Made by a program: the position numbers and the translations under genes
Shown here: piece after piece, positions 1 through 8,750 of the stretch
Layout of the letters: every line of letters starts with the position of its first letter
Numbering within the stretch: the first letter of the stretch is position 1
Notes under the pieces: generated by a model
What the model was told of the DNA's origin: nothing
Databases searched by the model: none
What the model saw: the letters and a program-made list of their open reading frames with translations, nothing else
IMG/VR virus record: IMGVR_UViG_3300045285_000056
Coordinates: 1-41,125 of that record
From: a virus
Lineage: Duplodnaviria > Caudoviricetes
DNA: 41,125 bases
Reading direction: 5' to 3' (one strand)

Positions 1-127
1 CCGTGATCCAGTCGGGGTCGTTGTTGCCGGCGCCATTTTCGTTGAAGCCGGATTCGAGCGCGTCCGGGTACTGCTTGCGGAACACGCTTTTCAGCATCAG
101 GTCCGTAATCAGCGCCTGCTCCGCGTC
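1..127. repeat. Terminal direct repeat, copy 1 (probable assembly overlap of a circular contig)
   Basis: Bases 1-127 are identical to 40999-41125, and the portal frame reads through the junction. Confidence 0.95.
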
Positions 128-619
128 CGAGCCGTCCGGCAGTTTGCTGTGCGGATCGAAGGACACGGTAAAAGGATTGTCGATCGGATCAATGAAGATA
201 TCCTGAAGTCTCGAATCCTCGCTCACGTAATCCGTGCGCAGGCGCCAGTAGCCCCAACCGATTGTTGCCGCAAAATCAAACGCGGTGTCGTAAGCGTAGT
301 CCGCGTCAGAATTCACTTCGACATGGCGCCCGAGTCCGGTGACGACCTTCGCAACCTTCTTGTCCGCGAAGTCATCGAGCGGACTGGCTTTGCCGCGCGG
401 TCGCTGCTGGCGCTGCGCGTTCGTCACCTTTTTCAGATACGTATTTGTCTCATTAATGGTCAACTGCGGGCGATCCAATCCGCGAGACTGAATAGCAAGC
501 CTATGCCATTGCTGGCCATAGCGAAACTGAAGCGCTTCGAGTCCCGCGCTGCGATTATGTGAGTCGGCTTCATTGGCCATCCTCATGAAAGCTACAGCAT
601 CCTGGGGGTCTGCGCTCAT
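1..619 (-). CDS. P22-like portal protein, 5' part (continues across the junction; about 699 aa in total)
   Basis: The ATG at 619 overlaps the HNH stop (ATGA). It reads MSADPQDAVAF...GQQW...RPQLTIN...IGWGYWRL...FDP, in frame with the 39518-41095 ORF. Absent from the ORF track. Confidence 0.92.
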   Translation of the reverse strand, partial: MSADPQDAVAFMRMANEADSHNRSAGLEALQFRYGQQWHRLAIQSRGLDRPQLTINETNTYLKKVTNAQRQQRPRGKASPLDDFADKKVAKVVTGLGRHVEVNSDADYAYDTAFDFAATIGWGYWRLRTDYVSEDSRLQDIFIDPIDNPFTVSFDPHSKLPDGSDAEQALITDLMLKSVFRKQYPDALESGFNENGAGNNDPDWIT

Positions 620-1128
620 GCGTGCCTCACGAACTCCCCGCACAATCTAGCGCGGGCCGCCGCTGCTACTGTTGCGGCTTCTTCTACCGTGGTGTATCTC
701 CCAAGGTAATGATGCTCCCCGCGCACTTTTATTGAGACAACAAATCTGTTTTTAGACCAGAACACATTTTTGTGTCCTGATTTATTTGTTATCGCGCGGC
801 CTCGATTGAATGCGTTGTTACTTGTAGTTGCTTCGCGCAGATTTGACCATTTGTTGTTTAGCTTATCGCGGTCAATATGATCTATATTCAGCGGACATGA
901 ACCGGTCATGTAGATAAATGCCAGCCGATGGGCAAGAAAATTTTTTTTACCTAAGGCGATAATCCAATAGCCATAACGTTTGCACTTATGGCCCACAACC
1001 ATATCGACACTTACGCCGTGCCTAGCGTGGGTCCATTTGAATTTACCCGTATCGGGATCATAATGTAGTACGCTTCGCAGGTATTCCTGTGAAATTTCAT
1101 GCCTCTTTACTCGCGCATCAGCCGGCAT
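616..1128 (-). CDS. HNH homing endonuclease with AP2-like C-terminus
   Basis: Motifs LHYDPDTGKFKW, AHRLAF, IDHIDRDKLNNKWSNLREAT and HHYLGRY. Likely ATG at 1128; the track start is 1143. Confidence 0.9.
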   Translation of the reverse strand: MPADARVKRHEISQEYLRSVLHYDPDTGKFKWTHARHGVSVDMVVGHKCKRYGYWIIALGKKNFLAHRLAFIYMTGSCPLNIDHIDRDKLNNKWSNLREATTSNNAFNRGRAITNKSGHKNVFWSKNRFVVSIKVRGEHHYLGRYTTVEEAATVAAAARARLCGEFVRHA

Positions 1129-1378
1129 TCGCGCTCCCTTCAATCACCACGCCGCGCGCCATTCTGATCGCGTCGGCGGCATCAACCAGCGTTTGCGCGG
1201 CCACTTCCAGTTTGTGCTTGTTCTCCGGCTTGTTCGGAATGCCGTGCAGGTGTTCCCAGGATTGGAAAAACGCGCGCAACAATTGCAGTTCCTGCGCTAC
1301 ATCGGCCATTTCGCGGGCCTGCTTCTGCCCGAGTGTATTTGTTGCCCAGGCCGGAATAAAAAACGGTTCCTCGTTCAT
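1118..1378 (-). CDS. Hypothetical protein
   Basis: Starts MNEEPFF. The ATG overlaps the upstream stop. Confidence 0.65.
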   Translation of the reverse strand: MNEEPFFIPAWATNTLGQKQAREMADVAQELQLLRAFFQSWEHLHGIPNKPENKHKLEVAAQTLVDAADAIRMARGVVIEGSANAG

Positions 1379-1551
1379 GCTGGCGCCTTTGCGTGTTGCA
1401 GAACTACCGCGCGCTCGGCAAATCTGTTGCCGGCGAAGTCGGTGAATAACAAGAACGGCAACTCCTGCGGACGCCATTCGTAGGTCGCATCACGATCGCG
1501 GAACGAATACACGTCGCGGTTGATGTCGTAGCGCGCGGGAATCAGGTCCAT
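1375..1551 (-). CDS. Hypothetical protein
   Basis: Starts MDLIPARYD, 1 nt after the terL stop. Confidence 0.6.
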   Translation of the reverse strand: MDLIPARYDINRDVYSFRDRDATYEWRPQELPFLLFTDFAGNRFAERAVVLQHAKAPA

Positions 1552-1552
1552 G

Positions 1553-2773
1553 TTATCCGGCCCAATGATGCGGAAGGTCCTCTTCAACTTGCTGCGGCCG
1601 AGGTTTTGTTGCTCTGCGCATTCCCTCGCACGCATAGCGCAGCGAGTCGATGGTGTGATTATGCTTGTCCTTCAACTTGGGCAGAACTTGCTCAGTCATC
1701 GGGTCGGTCTCGTAGCTGTAGAGCGAGAGTTCGTCAATTACGTGCTGGCAGCGCGGATGCACAACGATGTCAAACGACTTCAGAAACTCTACGCCTTCCT
1801 CTAGCGACTTCGGCCCTTTGATTGCCGGATTGATTTTCGGATAGCCATGCCGCTGCATGTAGCTGATCGTCTCCGGGCGCGCGCTATCCGCTGTGATGAA
1901 CCACTTGCGCGATTCTGGCACGCGATCGAATAAATCCGGCAGTTGATCGATCTCGCATCCGATCATCCACGCTTCGTAATCAACGTAGAGCTTATGTCCC
2001 TCGATATATCCTCGGATGAGGCAAGCCGGATCGTTTGCAAATCCCCAGTCTGCGCCCATGCGAAATAGCGCACCGTCAGGGGATTCGAATTCCTCAACGC
2101 GCCAGTTTGTGAACACTCTTGCGCCTGAATGCTGCTGGTATCCGCCGAGCCAGATGTGCGCGAACTTATCCGGGTCGCGTTGCTGGTCATAACCAATCTC
2201 CGATACAAGCACATCAGGCAGCCACGGATTGTCGCGGTAATTTACCGATACCACGATTGAATCAGGCGGCGGATTCTCGTCGCGCAGCAGTGCATCGATC
2301 GGGTCCGTTTTGCGATTCGGATTCCAACTGAACCACATTTCCGATTTCGGCTTGCGTATCGTCGGGCGCAGCATATCGAGCGAGCGCTGACTTGCCGCTT
2401 GCGCTTCCTCAAACCACGCGCGGTCGAAACCTTCAAGGGACTTGATTGATTCGGCCGTCTGGTTCTGCATTCCCTCGAAGATAATCACGCCGCCGTGCCG
2501 CGACAGGATGCGCTTGTCCTGCACCTCGAAATATGCGCCTGCGTTCATGCTCGATATTTTCAGTTCGAGCAATTTCTTGACGGAGAATTGCAGTGACTTC
2601 TGCATCTCGCGCAGGCATACGCAATCGAGTTTGCCCATAATCGATTCTTCAATCATCAGGCCGGCGAAGAAGTGAGATTTTGCGGAGCCGCGTCCGCCGT
2701 ATGCGCCTTTGTACCGGGCTGGATATAACAGCGGCTTGAATGCGCGGGCGGTTTCGATGCGCAGCGTTTTCAT
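1553..2773 (-). CDS. terL: Terminase large subunit (PBSX/XtmB-like)
   Basis: Walker A YGGRGSAKS, Walker B AWFEEA, SWNP, nuclease motifs GADWG, TADSARPE and NHTIDSLRY. Confidence 0.96.
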   Translation of the reverse strand: MKTLRIETARAFKPLLYPARYKGAYGGRGSAKSHFFAGLMIEESIMGKLDCVCLREMQKSLQFSVKKLLELKISSMNAGAYFEVQDKRILSRHGGVIIFEGMQNQTAESIKSLEGFDRAWFEEAQAASQRSLDMLRPTIRKPKSEMWFSWNPNRKTDPIDALLRDENPPPDSIVVSVNYRDNPWLPDVLVSEIGYDQQRDPDKFAHIWLGGYQQHSGARVFTNWRVEEFESPDGALFRMGADWGFANDPACLIRGYIEGHKLYVDYEAWMIGCEIDQLPDLFDRVPESRKWFITADSARPETISYMQRHGYPKINPAIKGPKSLEEGVEFLKSFDIVVHPRCQHVIDELSLYSYETDPMTEQVLPKLKDKHNHTIDSLRYACEGMRRATKPRPQQVEEDLPHHWAG

Positions 2774-3093
2774 TTTTCTTTTGACGCGGCTTCGATGATG
2801 ATACGTTCCAAGCGCTCGAATAATCCAGTGCCGTCAGGATTTGCCAGATCAACGCACTGATGCGGTTTGCCTTCCAGGCGGTCGCCAAATTCGCGGAAGA
2901 ATTGGATGTCACGTTCTTCCATCAGTTTCGCCACAAACTCGTGCGCTGCGTTATTCAGTCCCACCATGAACGGCGTGCATCCAGAAATATCGGGCTGCTC
3001 TGGAAATGCCTCTATCGCGCGTTCTATGGCCTCAGACCATCGTTTTGCCTTGCCTGCGTAATTATTTCCTGGAGGTCCGCCGATTCCGGCCAT
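2770..3093 (-). CDS. terS: Terminase small subunit
   Basis: N-terminal GGPPGNNYA and DRLEGKP motif. Overlaps the terL start. Confidence 0.75.
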   Translation of the reverse strand: MAGIGGPPGNNYAGKAKRWSEAIERAIEAFPEQPDISGCTPFMVGLNNAAHEFVAKLMEERDIQFFREFGDRLEGKPHQCVDLANPDGTGLFERLERIIIEAASKEK

Positions 3094-3150
3094 TGGATTC
3101 CAAATAACTTTTTGATCTAAGGAATGCGCTATTTTAACGCAAATTGTGAT

Positions 3151-3489
3151 TTAAGCGGCACGTTGCTGCTCCGGTTCGCGTTCCTCAATCCACGTCACGT
3201 CAGCCTCGCTGATAATCACGAACTGCTCCGCGCCATCGCGTTCGCGCCACTTCGGAAAGATGTCGAGGTCGGTGTAGGTCACGAAGTCCCCGACTTTGAC
3301 CGTGTTCGGCAGGAACACGCCGGATTCCGGTTCGTGGATCAGCCCGGACTTGATTCGCAGCCACTTGCCGGGGCCGGCGGCAATTACGGTGCCGCGGTTC
3401 ATGCGGTCGTTGGAGATGACGACGAGCGGCGAGAATTCCGGCGTTTTCTCGGGCCTTACCAGCAAAAAATCATGCAAAGGCTTGAACAT
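3151..3489 (-). CDS. groES: GroES/Cpn10-like co-chaperonin
   Basis: Motifs MFKPLHDFLLVRP, GTVIAAGPG, VKVGDFV and IISEADV. Confidence 0.85.
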   Translation of the reverse strand: MFKPLHDFLLVRPEKTPEFSPLVVISNDRMNRGTVIAAGPGKWLRIKSGLIHEPESGVFLPNTVKVGDFVTYTDLDIFPKWRERDGAEQFVIISEADVTWIEEREPEQQRAA

Positions 3490-3525
3490 GCGCGCATTTT
3501 CACCACAAATGGCCGTGGATGTCAA
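3490..3525 (-). promoter_or_regulatory. Putative sigma70-like promoter for the groES-terS late block, possibly leaderless
   Basis: TTGACA-18-GAAAAT-6 nt-ATG, with no SD. Confidence 0.5.
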
Positions 3526-3638
3526 ATTGCGCCGCCTCAACCGACGAAATCCCGGCCCTCGCCCAAAAGGCCGTTTCGCTCGCCAAGGAAGCCGCCAAGG
3601 AAGCCTTGATCAACCGCGGATTTAACGATCTCCGCTAG
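3519..3638 (+). CDS. Possible 39-aa helical peptide
   Basis: MSNCAASTDEIPALAQKAVSLAKEAAKEALINRGFNDLR. No clear SD. Confidence 0.25.
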   Translation: MSNCAASTDEIPALAQKAVSLAKEAAKEALINRGFNDLR

Positions 3639-3654
3639 GTTTCCTGACACCTTA

Positions 3655-3689
3655 CCCCCCTCGGCATACATCCGGGTATGCCGGCGGGG
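3655..3689. terminator. GC-rich hairpin, possible terminator
   Basis: CGGCATAC (3662-3669) pairs with GTATGCCG (3676-3683), flanked by C and G runs. No U-tract. Confidence 0.35.
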
Positions 3690-3701
3690 TTGACCCCAGA
3701 A

Positions 3702-4112
3702 TCACTTCAAAAGCTGCGCGATCCAGCGGATTGCGTCGCCTGATCGGATCGCGTCCCGGTCAACCGGCAGGAGTCGATAGCCTTGGAGCAGCGATTCTGC
3801 GGCCTTGCGGATGTCGGCGTGCGCCTTTGCGCGGACGACGTGGCATCCCCCTTGGACTTCAATCGCAAGCCGCTGCGCCTGGAACAAAACATCCGCACGG
3901 CATCTGCTCCCCACGAGATAAACGCAGTCGTACTGCGCACCTTCGATTCCGGCCTCGATGATCTGCCGCTCAAGCTCTGCCTCGAGCTCGCTCCGCGTCG
4001 CGCGCTTTGCCGGCGCCAAGCTCGCTTTCGCCGCGGGCGCCGCGAGCGACACCTTGCCGAATTTGCGCTGGTGCTGCTCGACCTGCTCCTCGGTCAGCCA
4101 TCGTGCGCTCAT
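3702..4112 (-). CDS. PD-(D/E)XK / DUF559-like endonuclease
   Basis: SELEAEL...RADVLF...LAIEVQGG-H...D-RK...GYRLL pattern. The ATG at 4112 overlaps the upstream stop. Confidence 0.75.
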   Translation of the reverse strand: MSARWLTEEQVEQHQRKFGKVSLAAPAAKASLAPAKRATRSELEAELERQIIEAGIEGAQYDCVYLVGSRCRADVLFQAQRLAIEVQGGCHVVRAKAHADIRKAAESLLQGYRLLPVDRDAIRSGDAIRWIAQLLK

Positions 4113-4300
4113 GGTGCCGCCTTCCTCGGGCGCCCGACCTTTCGCCCAGGCTGCGTCTTGCCCACCCGCACCCGGTGTTCGCGCACGATGCGCGCCATGC
4201 ACTCGCGGCAATACGGCATCTTCAAATCCTTCGTGGACTTGTTGTCGCCGAACGCGCGGCCGGGCAGTTTGGCCTGGCAGCCGGGGCACCATTTTTTCAC
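4109..4300 (-). CDS. Small zinc-finger protein
   Basis: CPGC...CREC with a basic C-terminus containing GRPRK. Confidence 0.7.
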   Translation of the reverse strand: MKKWCPGCQAKLPGRAFGDNKSTKDLKMPYCRECMARIVREHRVRVGKTQPGRKVGRPRKAAP

Positions 4301-5289
4301 GCTGCGAGCTCCTCGCCCGAATCATCGTCAAATTGAAGCGACTCCTGCAACTCTGCGCGCTTGCCTTCGCTCGCCAATTTGATGTTGTGCTCGGCCTGCC
4401 GGTAGTAGCTCGACTTCAATTCAATGCCGATTCCACGCCGACCGGCGCATAGGGCCGAATAGACTTCAGATCCAACGCCCATGAACGGGGTTAGCACAGT
4501 CTCGCCTGGATTCGACCACATCACAATAGCCCGGTCAATCACGTCCAGTTGCAGCGGATGTACGTGCCGCTCGTCATCGAATTCGCGCGCATCCCGGTAA
4601 GGCAGAACACGGTCCAAGCGCACATCATCCCAGAATGCCGACGCGTAATGCCGCCAAATCCAGTGCGAGTATTTATTCTCAAGCTGGCTCCCGGTCCAGC
4701 CTTTGTACTTCATCACGCCGTTGGGCATCTGCGTTGCGCCGGCGTATTCAAGCAATCCGTTCGGATGCGCAACCGGCACCACGTTGACGCCCTGCCTGCG
4801 GAAAATAATCAACTGATCCGCGTTCGCAATGCTGCACTTAGTCGAATCTATCGTCAGGTTTTTGTGCGAAAGGCTTTTTGTCATCGTCCGGTTGCGCACC
4901 GTCAGCGGCTCTTTCCACACGTGATAGCGCGCGATGAAGTGAAAGCCGATTTTTTCATGCAAGCGAATCAGTTCTCCAGGAAAATCAATCAGCCGATCAA
5001 GGCCGGAATTGCCGGTAGGAATATCGGTGCAATGGACTGCACTCACCCGGCCCGGCTTCGTGAGGCGATGCACTTCGCGCACGATGAAATCGTATTGCTC
5101 GAAAAATTCCTCGCGGTCGATACAGTTCGACAGGTCGCGCTCGTCAGAACTGTACTGATATAACATGCAAAAAGGCGGAGAGTAAACCGATAAGTCAATT
5201 GATTGACTTGGAAGCGCTGCCATAATCTCGCAGCAATCTGCGTTATATATGGCAAACCTATTTGTTATTAGTTGTTCAAGTACTGCCAT
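4297..5289 (-). CDS. N4-cytosine/N6-adenine DNA methyltransferase (beta class)
   Basis: Catalytic SPPF precedes the SAM-binding VLTPFMGVGS...GIGIEL. Also HVHPLQLD. Confidence 0.93.
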   Translation of the reverse strand: MAVLEQLITNRFAIYNADCCEIMAALPSQSIDLSVYSPPFCMLYQYSSDERDLSNCIDREEFFEQYDFIVREVHRLTKPGRVSAVHCTDIPTGNSGLDRLIDFPGELIRLHEKIGFHFIARYHVWKEPLTVRNRTMTKSLSHKNLTIDSTKCSIANADQLIIFRRQGVNVVPVAHPNGLLEYAGATQMPNGVMKYKGWTGSQLENKYSHWIWRHYASAFWDDVRLDRVLPYRDAREFDDERHVHPLQLDVIDRAIVMWSNPGETVLTPFMGVGSEVYSALCAGRRGIGIELKSSYYRQAEHNIKLASEGKRAELQESLQFDDDSGEELAA

Positions 5290-5320
5290 GATTATCCTCC
5301 TGGCGATGATGGTTCAAACG

Positions 5321-6748
5321 TTACGATAGCCATGTTGGCAACTCCACTCGCTGATTGCCAACGTCCCGCACGATGCGTTTTGAATTGTGCATATGCGTCA
5401 AGAGTTCGGTGAACATTTTATCCGCCGCCTCGCTTTTCCTGATCATGTTTTCGCGCACGTGATGTTCTCCTTCGGTTGAAACAATGTCCACGGTAACGGT
5501 ATTCCTTTGCCCAAAGCGCCAGCAGCGGCGAATGGATTGATAGTATTGCTCGTAGCTGTGCGACGCGAACGTTACGACGTGCGCGCAGTGCTGCCAGTTC
5601 ATCCCCCACGCCGCGAGTTTTGGCTTCACCACGAGCACGCGGATTTCGCCGGACGCGAATGCGGCATAGGCTTCCTCTTTTTCCCCATCCGTGTTGGCGC
5701 CGGCAACCTGCATCGATCCTTTGATTGTTTTTTCCAGAATATCCCCTTCCGCATTCAGGTGACACCACACGATTGCGGGTTCGGGATGATCTACGAGTCG
5801 CGCGACAAGTTCCGCGCGTTCGTCCAGCGTGCGCCTGCGCTCGTCTCGTTCCTCTTGTAGTCCAAATGCAGGAATCGTGAATAACATCCCGTCCGCCGGC
5901 CGCTTGGGTGTAACGATGTGATCGCGCACCCGCATCGGCGGCAGAATAAAGTCGCCTGCATCGAAGCCCAAATCGGCAGGCGATCTGCACGCCATAGCCC
6001 AGGAGCAGACCCAACGCCAAAACGCGGTTTCCGCATGCCCCTTCATGCGCCATTGCCCTATCTGCTGCGCCACGCGATAGGCGAGCTTTGCAAAATGCTC
6101 TCCACCACGGGCGCCGCGCGCCAGCTTCACATCGCTCATGCGGCTGCGCTTTTTATCGTCCTGCACGAAAAACCTAGAGAGCATATCGCTGTAGCCAAGC
6201 GCGCCTAGCGCCTCGCTTGATGTGCCGAGCTCATGGTAGTCGTTCGGCGCGGCCGTCGCGGTGCAGAGCAGCCGGTATGCGTGCTTCGCCATGAAGCGAG
6301 TGACTTGCTTTTGCGTTGCGCCGGAAAAGTGTTTCAGTATGCTGCTCTCGTCGCACACGACGCCGCCAAAATCAGCGGGCTCGAATAGATGCAGCTTTTC
6401 GTAATTCGTAATGACGATGCCGCGCCCAGTGTGCTTGCCGTCGCGCGAACGCTCGCACTCGATACCGAACTTCGCGCCCTCGGCCAGCGTTTGAATGCCT
6501 ACAGCAAGCGGGGTGATAATCAGGACCGGCTTGTTGGTTTTGCGCACAACGTTCTCCGCCCACACAAGCTGCATCGGCGTCTTACCCAGCCCACAATCGG
6601 CGAAAATTGCGCCCTTGCCTTTGCGCAAGGCCCAATCGACAAGCGCCCGCTGAAAGTCGAAAAGGAAATCCGGCATCCATATCGGATTGAAGCCGGACAT
6701 TGCTGCGCTCTGCGACTTGCGCTCGATGAATTCGGTGTAGGCGTCCAT
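5321..6748 (-). CDS. SNF2-like superfamily 2 helicase
   Basis: Motifs FADCGLGKT, VCDESS, TATAAPND, GMNWQ and QSIRRCWRFGQ. Likely ATG at 6748. Confidence 0.92.
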   Translation of the reverse strand: MDAYTEFIERKSQSAAMSGFNPIWMPDFLFDFQRALVDWALRKGKGAIFADCGLGKTPMQLVWAENVVRKTNKPVLIITPLAVGIQTLAEGAKFGIECERSRDGKHTGRGIVITNYEKLHLFEPADFGGVVCDESSILKHFSGATQKQVTRFMAKHAYRLLCTATAAPNDYHELGTSSEALGALGYSDMLSRFFVQDDKKRSRMSDVKLARGARGGEHFAKLAYRVAQQIGQWRMKGHAETAFWRWVCSWAMACRSPADLGFDAGDFILPPMRVRDHIVTPKRPADGMLFTIPAFGLQEERDERRRTLDERAELVARLVDHPEPAIVWCHLNAEGDILEKTIKGSMQVAGANTDGEKEEAYAAFASGEIRVLVVKPKLAAWGMNWQHCAHVVTFASHSYEQYYQSIRRCWRFGQRNTVTVDIVSTEGEHHVRENMIRKSEAADKMFTELLTHMHNSKRIVRDVGNQRVELPTWLS

Positions 6749-6783
6749 GCCGCGATATTTACGAGATTTTACATATTTGTCAA
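6749..6783 (-). promoter_or_regulatory. Putative promoter for the helicase-methyltransferase unit, possibly leaderless
   Basis: TTGACA-17-AAATAT-6 nt-ATG, with no SD. Confidence 0.5.
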
Positions 6784-6952
6784 GCGCAACCGGCGCGCTG
6801 CCTGATGAGCGCGCGCAGGGGAGCGGCAATCTGCCCCTGCCATTTGCCGGCGCCGGCACGGTGCAAGATTTGCGTTTCGCGCCCCGAAGGGATAAGCGCG
6901 AAAGCGCAAATCGGAATCAAACCTAACCCCGGTGCCAGCACCGCACCATGCA

Positions 6953-7062
6953 CCGAACACACCACGCACACCCCCCCTAAAGGGGGGTGCGTTTGTGTTC
7001 GGTTTTTGTGTTCGGACACAAAACTGAACATTTGTGTTCGATTTGTGTCCGATTTGTGTTCG
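6953..7062. repeat. Iteron-like repeats with a C7/G6 hairpin, putative replication origin
   Basis: TTTGTGTTCG at 6992, 7005, 7031 and 7053, a TTTGTGTCCG variant at 7042, and the hairpin CACCCCCCCTAAAGGGGGGTG, all directly after the helicase stop. Confidence 0.75.
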
Positions 7063-8361
7063 CTAGATCAGCCACCAGAACCCGGCCTCCGTGGCGGCAA
7101 TGTTCGATGCTTGCAACTCGTCCTGGCCGCGCCTGAATGCCATGCGCCGCGCATTTCTAGCCGCTGACGCATCCTTTACGCTAAGTTTTTGACTAATAGG
7201 GCGAATTCGTGCGTAATTATCCTGCCAATCATCTACTTTTGCGGCTTTAACGTGCGGAAAGATGGAGGTTTCAGGCAGCATTTCCCCGTGCTCTTTGATG
7301 GCGGATTTCAGGGCGTCCAAACAGACACACGCATTTGCTGTCAAACGCTTGCGTTTTGGGGGGGATAAAACGGCCTTTTTTTCGACCGAACACAAATCGA
7401 ACACAAAACAGGTTTGTGTTCGATCGCCGTCCGAATCCAAGCCTAAATCGAGCACCTTCAACTCGAACTCGAACACATCCCCGGATTCGCCGTCCCGGCT
7501 TTTTTCAACCGTCGCCACTTTGTCCGAAACTTCGATAACCACATCGGCCGCGGCGAAAAGCGACGAATGGCCGCGTGGACCTTGGCTCTTTTGTTTGCCG
7601 GTGTGGTGGACGATGCCTATTCCTGACCCCGTTTCATCCCGGATCGTATCCCCGGCATAAATGACGCGCGTCAAATCGTCGCCCTTGTTTTCGTCACCCC
7701 CAGGCATTGACCGGCTGAGGGTGTCGAGCAGGGTCAAGCCGAGCGGCAAACCGGCCTGTTTTTCCAGTTTATGCAACTCATCGATCAGGTATTCGACTTG
7801 GAATGGGTCCATGAAATTAACGGCGCGGGTAATGATCCGCAGCGGCACGATACCGTCGGCCACCTCGCCCATGTTCTGATCTCGCCATGCCTGAAAACGC
7901 CTCAGGATAGACTGCCCGGCCTCGGCTGCGATATACACCACCAGCGCCGGCTTGACGCGCCGGCCGCGCCACGGCATCCCCGTCGCGATGTGCCCGGCAA
8001 GATCGATCGTGAAAAACGTTTTTCCGCCACCGGACGGGCCGTAAATAAGATGGAGGCGGGCTCGTTCTATGAGCCCTTTAATCAGGTAATCCGTGTCGAG
8101 GCCGGGCTTGGCATCATTGAGCCAGACCCCAGGAAATAGCGGTGCTTTACTTTCCTGCCAGTCCCTATGACCCTCCCCATTTCCCTTACCGTTCCCTTTG
8201 CGCGCAAGTCTCTCAATGGTCGCGCCGACTTCAGGCACTTCTTTCCTGATCCGCCGGAAACCTTCCGGCATCTGGCTGCGCTGCGCGTCTGTGAGGCCAT
8301 GCCACCAAAGGATAAAGTCGCCCGCCGGCATACCCCAGATAGCATCGTCTTCCGGGCTCAT
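7063..8361 (-). CDS. RepA-like (AAA_25) replicative helicase with probable C-terminal DNA-binding domain
   Basis: Motifs IYGPSGGGKT, YIAAE, LLDTLSR, GDEN, VHHTGK and RGHSSLFAAAD. Confidence 0.92.
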   Translation of the reverse strand: MSPEDDAIWGMPAGDFILWWHGLTDAQRSQMPEGFRRIRKEVPEVGATIERLARKGNGKGNGEGHRDWQESKAPLFPGVWLNDAKPGLDTDYLIKGLIERARLHLIYGPSGGGKTFFTIDLAGHIATGMPWRGRRVKPALVVYIAAEAGQSILRRFQAWRDQNMGEVADGIVPLRIITRAVNFMDPFQVEYLIDELHKLEKQAGLPLGLTLLDTLSRSMPGGDENKGDDLTRVIYAGDTIRDETGSGIGIVHHTGKQKSQGPRGHSSLFAAADVVIEVSDKVATVEKSRDGESGDVFEFELKVLDLGLDSDGDRTQTCFVFDLCSVEKKAVLSPPKRKRLTANACVCLDALKSAIKEHGEMLPETSIFPHVKAAKVDDWQDNYARIRPISQKLSVKDASAARNARRMAFRRGQDELQASNIAATEAGFWWLI

Positions 8362-8363
8362 GG

Positions 8364-8618
8364 TTAAATCCGCAGTTTGTGCTGTTCCTCGTGCAATTCC
8401 GCTTTGATCTGCTCTTTAGTCAGATCACGAACACGCAGCATGAAATCGGCACATTGATACGCACACAAACAGCGCTCGTACATAGTTGATTGTGATTCGG
8501 AATTGGCTGACATGCCCGCTGCAATTGCTATTGCAATGTAATCGCGCAGTGACATACCTGGATAAGCATCGCAAGCGTCCGATTTTGGGAACGCTGTACC
8601 GCCGTCTTCTAGGGTCAT
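8364..8618 (-). CDS. Conserved phage hypothetical protein (GGxAFP / GMxLRDY family), copy 1
   Basis: DGGTAFP...GMSLRDYIA...AYQCADFML, with SD GGGGAG. Confidence 0.8.
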   Translation of the reverse strand: MTLEDGGTAFPKSDACDAYPGMSLRDYIAIAIAAGMSANSESQSTMYERCLCAYQCADFMLRVRDLTKEQIKAELHEEQHKLRI

Positions 8619-8628
8619 TTCGGTCTCC

Positions 8629-8717
8629 CCCAACAAGGGCTGAAGGCGAGTCCCCGGACGTGTTGGGCGTCCGGGGGCGGGTCTCGCTTTGAAACATCGG
8701 GCTGGCCGGCCCAACAT
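8629..8717 (-). ncRNA. Candidate P4 CI-like regulatory RNA or leader
   Basis: A perfect 9-bp stem has the loop CCCAACA on the minus strand, complementary to TGTTGGG at both 8710-8716 and 8629-8635. Confidence 0.55.
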
Positions 8718-8721
8718 TATT

Positions 8722-8750
8722 AGCCTACGATATTCTGTCGATTATTTCAA
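8722..8750 (-). promoter_or_regulatory. Putative promoter for the replication operon
   Basis: TTGAAA-17-TAGGCT. Confidence 0.55.

Noticed and set aside
616-1551. Group I intron in terL or portal
   Set aside because: Both genes are intact open frames, the HNH is free-standing, and no intron core was recognised.
3581-3605. GCCAAGGAAGCC tandem as an operator or pac site
   Set aside because: It is equally explained by AKEA-AKEA codons of a small ORF, and there is no independent support.
6953-7062. CRISPR array
   Set aside because: The repeats are only 10 bp with 1-16 bp gaps, and there are no cas genes.
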